A stretch of DNA of 64,000 bases. It comes from Lingula anatina (lineage: Eukaryota > Animalia > Brachiopoda). Made by a program: the position numbers and the translations under genes. The first letter of the stretch is position 1. The number at the start of each line of letters is the position of its first letter. The stretch covers positions 8,060,001-8,124,000 of the forward strand of contig CM120646.1 of NCBI GenBank assembly GCA_051362555.1, given 5' to 3'. The notes under the pieces are model-generated. The model saw nothing but the letters and a program-made list of their open reading frames with translations. It did not search any database and had not been told where the DNA came from. Of the stretch, positions 56,863 to 64,000 are shown piece after piece.

Positions 56863-56953
56863 CCTTACCTACTTACTTCATCCTAGGATCTGCGCTTGAT
56901 AAATAAAACATTTATACCTTATATTAAGCCGATGTCACGATGACGTCACGCGT
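56863..56953 (-). promoter_or_regulatory. Candidate minus-strand promoter and first-exon donors
   Basis: Palindromic CRE TGACGTCA at 56941-56948; TATAAG and TATAAA on the minus strand at 56923-56911; tandem donors GAA|gtaagt (56876) and TAG|gtaagg (56868). Confidence 0.35.
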
Positions 56954-58417
56954 CTCCGCGCCCATCGGTAGAAGGTGTAGAAGCCAGCAGTGACAAGTAG
57001 GCCTTCCTAGAAACACATTCCTGGAAAAAATTAAAACACAAATGTTGTAATAAAATATATTCATTTGGGACAACTGAGAATGCCATGGCCGGATATGTGA
57101 AGTGAAAACATGTCAATTAAGATATAGAAAATACGCACGCCTACCTGTAGTAATGAATAACGTTTACTTTAACGCGCAGCGTTTCCAGCCGGACCTATAG
57201 CCAAATAAACAGACAGAATACTGACCCCAACCTAACGAAAGGTTTTATCTGTCAGGCATACACAGTTTTGCTTTCAGGGGAATGTTTTCTCAGAACACTT
57301 GCGGGACCATTTAGCAGCACTACGGGACTGTTGTAGAATAAGCGAAAACAGAAATGGAGACAGTATTCCAAAAGACAATTAAAATCGCTTTCTAAACCAA
57401 TGAACCCGTCATCCAATATTTATATTCATCGACGTCGAGATCTAACAATCCCCATCTTAAGTTAACAGTTGTAAATGGACAGTCCATATGCACAATATTG
57501 TAACATGCCATCTGCACACCAAATTTCTGAAAAAATAAAATACGAATTTACGCCCGATCCAGCTTAGCCTGGATAGAATCTATAATGATGTCAATGCGGT
57601 TCGGGTTGTTCGCTCCACGGTGTCACCTACTTCATTTATTCGATTATTAAGCTATCCATATCTCATACAGATCCCTGAGCTATATGATGACGATAATCGG
57701 TGTTTTTTTTTCTGGTGTAAAGCATTCCTGGTGTGAACATGTCTGAATATGAGCAATTTACCTAATCACATGTCACCCAGGGCATGACTTAGCTTTATAT
57801 TATGAAACTAAAGATTTTGTTATCGTTATTTTTATTGGAGAAAAAAGGTAACTTTAAGTAACTAACATATACGCCAATTACCAGTAACCCTCCCCCTGCT
57901 GCGAAAACCTCATAAATAACTTAGTTTATGATGGTCTAAAATTATTGACGGATTCGGTCAAAAGCAAAGCTAGCCTTCCATTCAATTATTCATTCGTAGC
58001 CTGGGTAAAACGAAAAACAATGTAATGGAATGGTGAATCGCGTGATATTGGAATACGCAGCCTGCTTGGAGATACGGTTTTCGATTTTTGGAGCTTGATT
58101 TTTGCTGCAGCCTTTCGAATTGTATTAGTAGTTATCAGCTGTTCATATATTATGTATAGATTGAGTTAGGATTTGTTTATATCCCATATGGCTGCCCTGT
58201 CGTTTACTTATGTGCAATGGACAACACGGTGATACATAAAGTAATTACACAGTTCCAAAGCGCACATACCAGGACACCTAATGGAAAAAGCCACAAGGGT
58301 ACACTGTATGTATGTTTATCGTATCAAGTGTCTTTACCACTGTTCCTCTCCATTCAGATGCAGCTCCACCATTTCAACTCTCCTCTAAGGTCAAAGAAAT
58401 TCCATCTGTTGTAATTA

Positions 58418-58460
58418 CCTCCCTCCCTCCCTCGCCCTCCCTCTCTCTCTCTCTCTCTCT
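58418..58460. repeat. (CCCT)n/(CT)n compound microsatellite
   Basis: Direct reading. Confidence 0.93.
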
Positions 58461-61400
58461 GCATGAATGATGTTACTAACGACGTCCTTCATCTCTTTGC
58501 TCTCAAAGACAACTGTTATTGGGCTACTGAGTTAAATTCTATAAAAATCAAGATTCACATCATTTATAGAAATCCAATAAACAAAACACAACACAACGCA
58601 TTCAATGTGCTTCGAATTGCACAAAAAATCCGAAACAATACAGTTCTAATAGATTGATAAGGAAATTAAGGACAGCTGTTCGGATGAATAATTGATCGGT
58701 TTCCCGCTAACTTTATGCAATCTAATAGGAGATGTTATATTTAAAACAAAGACGGATACATTACATTTCAATCTTAATGGTTTATGCTACTAAAAAATGA
58801 TCGTTCCGTTCGCTTCGCTTGGAATTTGTAAGTAATCAGTAAAAAGATGAAAATTATCTTACATATCGTACGGAATGCTTTTGATCTAATAACCTTGGTC
58901 AAATAAAGACGAATAACGTTCATCTATTTAGCGCAATCTACGGAAAGAAGTCCGGACTTAAAGGATGCATTTCCAGCAATTAGAAGAAAACATTTCTGTC
59001 ACACTACTTCCCAACGAATGAAAATATAAATCATGATCACAAATCATCGTCATTACAACTAGTTTTTTAGTTATAGGTGACCCAATATACGTATAAGTAT
59101 GTGAGTCGCGCAGAGTGGATTTTAGTATATGTTTAACAGGTCTGAAATCAGCATTGTCACACGCATCACTGCAAAGAGCAGATGGCTAATACACAATACC
59201 AGACCGTTGTTGTACCTCGGGTTGCACAAAATAGGACTAAATTCACATAACTTCTTGACATCAATATTTGCCTATTTGACCAGAAGTTTGTACATTTCTT
59301 ACATCTAGGTATCGTTCATGACTTTCCAAGTACAACCGTGTTTAAGTTGATGACCTTAACTTGAATCACAGTATTTAGGCAAGCGTCATCACATTACCAG
59401 GAAAGCCGAGAATATAATTGATATAATAGTAAACAGTTTATGTTCGCGTAAGCATACTGTCAGTGGAGTGGTTAAAATCCTGCATATTGCCGATAATCAA
59501 CCTAACTTTACCCTAACATTTATAATCAGTGCATTGATTCAAGGTGAAGAGGCCACTTTTATTTTTGAAAATAAAGCATGTTTTGCTATATATCATCTTT
59601 ATTAGGTTTTAATATCCCACTTCGGTCTTGTATACGCACATGTATACGTACATGTACAAGCCGGAACTTATTCATGGAGAATACCCGTAATAAGTGGTTC
59701 AGTGGAAAGTCAAGGCTCTTTGAACAAAGAAAAAAGTGTCTTTATAGTAGCAAATGTCAAATTTGTATATACATCTCTTCGTGCAGAGGATACCTTTCTT
59801 AGCTGTTAATTTTAGCATAGGCAATTATAAATAAAAGCGATCGTTTGTTTATTCAAATGATAATATAAACAAAACACTGAAGATGAATGAAGGATTTTTT
59901 ACGTACTTCATGACAGCTGGACGAACCATTTCCAGGAAATCTTAGTCCGTTAAATAATTAAACTAACTCGTGTGTCCTGGGCAACTGAGTCAAAAAGACA
60001 TAGATATTATGATTTTCAGTTTGCGTTAACGTTCTCACGGACGTCTACAGTCTGGCGCAGGTGCACTATCCATACCACGGAGCACATTGCGAATCCTTTT
60101 AAATCATTAAATGCGCAGGTTTTCAATTAAGATTTAATCAAAATACATCCGTGAATTCCTGGCAGCAACAATTACGCAATTCTTTTAAGGGGGAGATAAA
60201 AAGGCGCGGGAGATTCCTTTAAAACGTTGTATATATAACTTGAGACGTGTATTTATAAAAATCCCGGGGCAGGGTTTATTTTGGGTATAAGAGCACGCGC
60301 TGGAGTACGTGTAGTCCTACCAAGAGGTGTAAACTTGCCTCCAGTCCCGTTAAGTGCACATAAAGGTCTCACAGGCCACCACAGTACAAGTGTAGTCCAT
60401 TCATCATGTCAAGATGAGATGCAGACTGAGGATTTGAAAATGAATCTGTCGTTTGACATTTTCTTTTCTTTTTCGCCATAGACATCTACATTAAAATATG
60501 TGTAAGTGCCTGTAACGTTAAGATTTTAAGCAGGGAATGGAGGGTGGGGCTACTTTGATGATTAACAATAATATCACTCGATCCAAAGTTGAAATATATT
60601 TTATTTCATAGGCGCTCCGTTAAAATTGGATTATTGAATGATTTATCTTTAAAGGGACAAAATGTGTTGTTGTTTATTTCTGTCTTTGATTTAACATCCC
60701 GGAATAGCTCGGGGGGACACAAAGATAAAGGGTTCCCTCTCTTGTGTCGGCAAATATGGTTAGTTGACGGAGACCAATTCAACTGCGAAATAAAGGCCTA
60801 GGGATGATAAAAATTGCTTGGTTTTGTCTCACTTTGCCAGTTTTTCGGAGGAGGTAGGAGAGAGTACCTTCGAAGCATATGAGGGCATGTTAACCACGTT
60901 ACTTCCGGGGCTTCTACCATTTGTGTGGTTTCCGGGCAACTGTCCATCGAGGAGCGGCGCCACATCTGGTGACAGTACGTGCAGTGGTTGCCAATTATTT
61001 GTGTTTTATTCTGCAAACGACATTTCAACGCTGAATTGGGGAGAAAAGGAGAGTCTATTCTATTGCCCCAGAATACAGCATCCAAAATCTCAGGCAAATT
61101 TACGGGCATTTGTATCTAGTCTAACGAGATTCTTTATTATAAGCTTGGGGTTAACCTTAATAGTAAAACTCATAAACTTGTCGTAGTAGTGATGAGGACA
61201 ACGTTTGCATACACTGTGCCTACACACAATAAATCTCGGCTCACTCCCTGGCCTCAGGTTATGTTGGATAGATCTAAAGTCGCAGACACGAGAAAGGAAT
61301 AAGGAATTTACATGAATGATTTATGTAAAATTTTAGTTCAAAGTTATCTATGTTTAGTGTCTTTTTTTTATTGAGCAGAAAATGTTAATTATCTGAGTTA

Positions 61401-62039
61401 TGGAACGGAATCTGGAAAACAGGGGAGGGTCTACGCCATAAAACTCGAAGAATTATTGGAGTTGCTTTGCGTTCTAATATCAATATCAATTTGATATATA
61501 GTGATATATAAAAACGATCACCTTAGCCATTCATAAGCATAAAGGTTTCATTGTGGGCGATAGGGGGAATATGAGAATGGAAGGATGCAAAAATATGTGA
61601 TATTTAATTTTTTTTTAATTTTCAGAAGTTTTTAAAAATGTGACAACCTTAAAAAGATCACTTCGTTTTACTCGCTGACTTGCAGTCATAACAGAACATG
61701 ACTCTGTCACGCCTAGGGTAAAGAGGCACGTATGAGAATATTTGTGACTCCTATTAAATTGGACATATAAACAGCCTATCAAATTGTTTTTGAACCTGTT
61801 CAAAACATTTCATCTCCCTCCTTCGTACACCGAACTTTACCAGCGTACTCGAAACGAAGACTACGTAAGCCGAATGAGCCGCTTGCGTATGTCTCCGTAT
61901 GGGCATTATATTTCTCATACATGTACGCAAGAGAAACATGTATACTCTGAGTGTGATATGACCTCAACGAATTGCTGTTATTAATTGTAACAATGCTATA
62001 CAACAGTTTCACGGTCACAAGTGAATCTAACGACTATCC

Positions 62040-62430
62040 GTTAGTGATGCAGTTAAGTCCGGCCATCATAATTGTATTTTCTTCAAGGTCGATTGAAATT
62101 AGACCTGGGTCATTTGCTTTGGCTGTCCAAGAGTCAGCGATGCATTGAGTCCGTTCAATATAACTGTTTTTTTTTCTTCAAGGCTGATCCAAGTCAGACT
62201 TCGATCTTTAGCTTTGGCTGTACAGGGGCAAAGCTGCACTTAGTCCAATAATTCCGATAGTATATTTTCAAGGTCGACAAGGGTCATTTTATCTTGCTGC
62301 CCAGTGACTTGATCTATTGGCTGTCAAAAGGAAGTGATACCATGAGTCCTTTGATTATAATAGCTGTTCTTAAAAGGCCGATTTAAGTCAGACTTGGTTC
62401 ATTTACTCTACTTTGGCTCTCCGAGAGCAA
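62040..62430. repeat. Degenerate tandem array, ~90-104 bp unit, ~4 copies
   Basis: Motif order (t/a)(c/a)aagg..gat..aagtcagac..tcattt..ttggct..gat.c..agtcc recurs with anchors at 62083, 62178, 62268 and 62372. Confidence 0.8.
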
Positions 62431-64000
62431 CTCTCAGTGGCCTTTTTATGTGTATATCTGTTTTAATGAAAATAAACCATCTATCTACTTCAACCGCTGA
62501 AGAAATCACTGGGCCGGGGGCACGGATACATGAAATACCGGCTTGGTGGAACTTAAAAGCATTTAACTACTTCTCTGGTCAGTGTATACTTACCAAAGAT
62601 GAAAAGATGGAAAAGTAAAGACAGGCTTGTGGTTTACATTATTTATTATGGGAAGCGAAATAAGATGTTTTGACACGAATTACTCCAATAAGTAAATAAA
62701 GTGAAATTGCAGATTCAAAGAGGAAATTGGATCAGATAAGCAGTATAACCAAGTCTAACACAATCTGAACTTATGAAAAAATATGTAAGCACGCGCATAC
62801 AGTGAAATAATAAAAAGGGGGTCTTGTAATTTTCATTTTATAACGCATTTAAGTATTCAGGATATTAACACTATTGCTAATCTGTGAAAATGTACCGGTA
62901 CAGACTGTATCGCTAAAGTATACCGCTCAACGTTAAATAAACTCGAACAATTAAACCGCGCGTTACAAATTACAGAGTTAGATTGAACGTGATTCGAGTC
63001 TGAACCGACCTCTGGTACCGTGATTCTAGCCAGAGTAAAAAAAGCCCACCATCGGCGTCCTTGATAACGCGTCACGTAGTTTTCAAGAATGAGTAGGAGG
63101 AGAAAAACAAAAGTGAAGTGGTTTAACTTTTGTTGCGTATGGCCATTGTGGGCCCCTGACTGCTTGGAACAGCGCCACGCTATTGTAGACCACCAAGACT
63201 GAGCACTGAGGATGAAGTGTTCATAAATCAAAACGATTGTCATTACTTTCAACACGTGAGATAATTGTCTTTTCCCTAAGATTTCAATAATTATATGGTT
63301 TGATTTATAGACTGCCATAGTTTAAGATTCGTTTTTCTTTGACGGCTGAACCAGTGTGTATTTACATAGTAAAAACTCTGTAGAGCTTTTTTTGCTTTAG
63401 TCAAAAGAAATGGTGCGAAATGATCGATGGTTTGATTGCGCTGTATTTCATCTACATTGTAAATGAAATTTTTATACGAGATTTTGTATATTCAAAAATT
63501 GGCTGCTGTTCCAAGTGCATTCTGAATTCTGACACATATAGACTAATAAAATGCACTGTGTTTTCTAGTAGACAAGGTGGTACATGTACTCAGTCCTCTG
63601 ACGTACAGTGCACTGGTCCTATAAATAACAAAATACCACGACAAAGCCGAGCAAGTTCTGGAAATGCGGAATATTAACCTGTTCTGGACAAGCTGCTTAA
63701 GCTGTAATTAAACTGAATCTAATAACTTTTTATTTTTTAAATTTACTAATATAATGAGAGCTTTTTTGTCAATATGTTAAGAATACTTAAACACAAATAC
63801 GAGACAGTCCACTTGAAGTTTAAGTTGTTCCACATTAAAACATGGATATTTATTGGCAGATCTTAACCACTTCAGAGAAGTTTTATGTTATTTTACAAGT
63901 ACAAATTTCCAACGCAGCAATGTGAAGTGTCTTCGTGTACAGTGCCGGTGACGTCAACCCTTTCAGGGAAAACATGCTTTTCAATTTCCTATGGTTTGAA

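Noticed and set aside
60818-61186. 122 aa plus-strand ORF with an internal acceptor-like site
   Set aside because: No recognisable domain, TTG start, and no convincing donor or partner exon
62040-62430. CRISPR array
   Set aside because: Units are similar along their whole length, with no unique spacers, no cas genes, and a eukaryotic context
138-63677. Supplied six-frame ORFs (60-164 aa) as genes
   Set aside because: Lengths and compositions are those of random ORFs in AT-rich DNA; many start at TTG/GTG or run through microsatellites; no recognisable domains

Overview
This is AT-rich eukaryotic genomic DNA, probably from a non-vertebrate animal (inferred from the repeat types and the lack of obvious CpG depletion). 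It is almost entirely non-coding, and none of the supplied six-frame ORFs is a recognisable protein. I found no prokaryotic operon, CRISPR array, rRNA, intact tRNA or intact transposase/RT. Well supported from the sequence: many microsatellites; several 95-240 bp palindromic MITE-like elements, some with PIF/Harbinger-type 3-bp TWA or CAG target duplications (one sits in a tandem duplication that preserves its empty site); the 3' end of a non-autonomous Helentron-like element, with a possible 5' end about 1.6 kb upstream; a degenerate ~95 bp tandem array; and an isolated GC-rich hairpin. Weakly supported: a spliced minus-strand transcription unit running from a CRE/TATA region near 56.9 kb to phase-compatible small exons at 56.5, 30.6, 29.2 and 28.9 kb, which could be a small-protein gene, a lncRNA or a long 5' leader. 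I cannot support a claim of a new biological system from the sequence alone.
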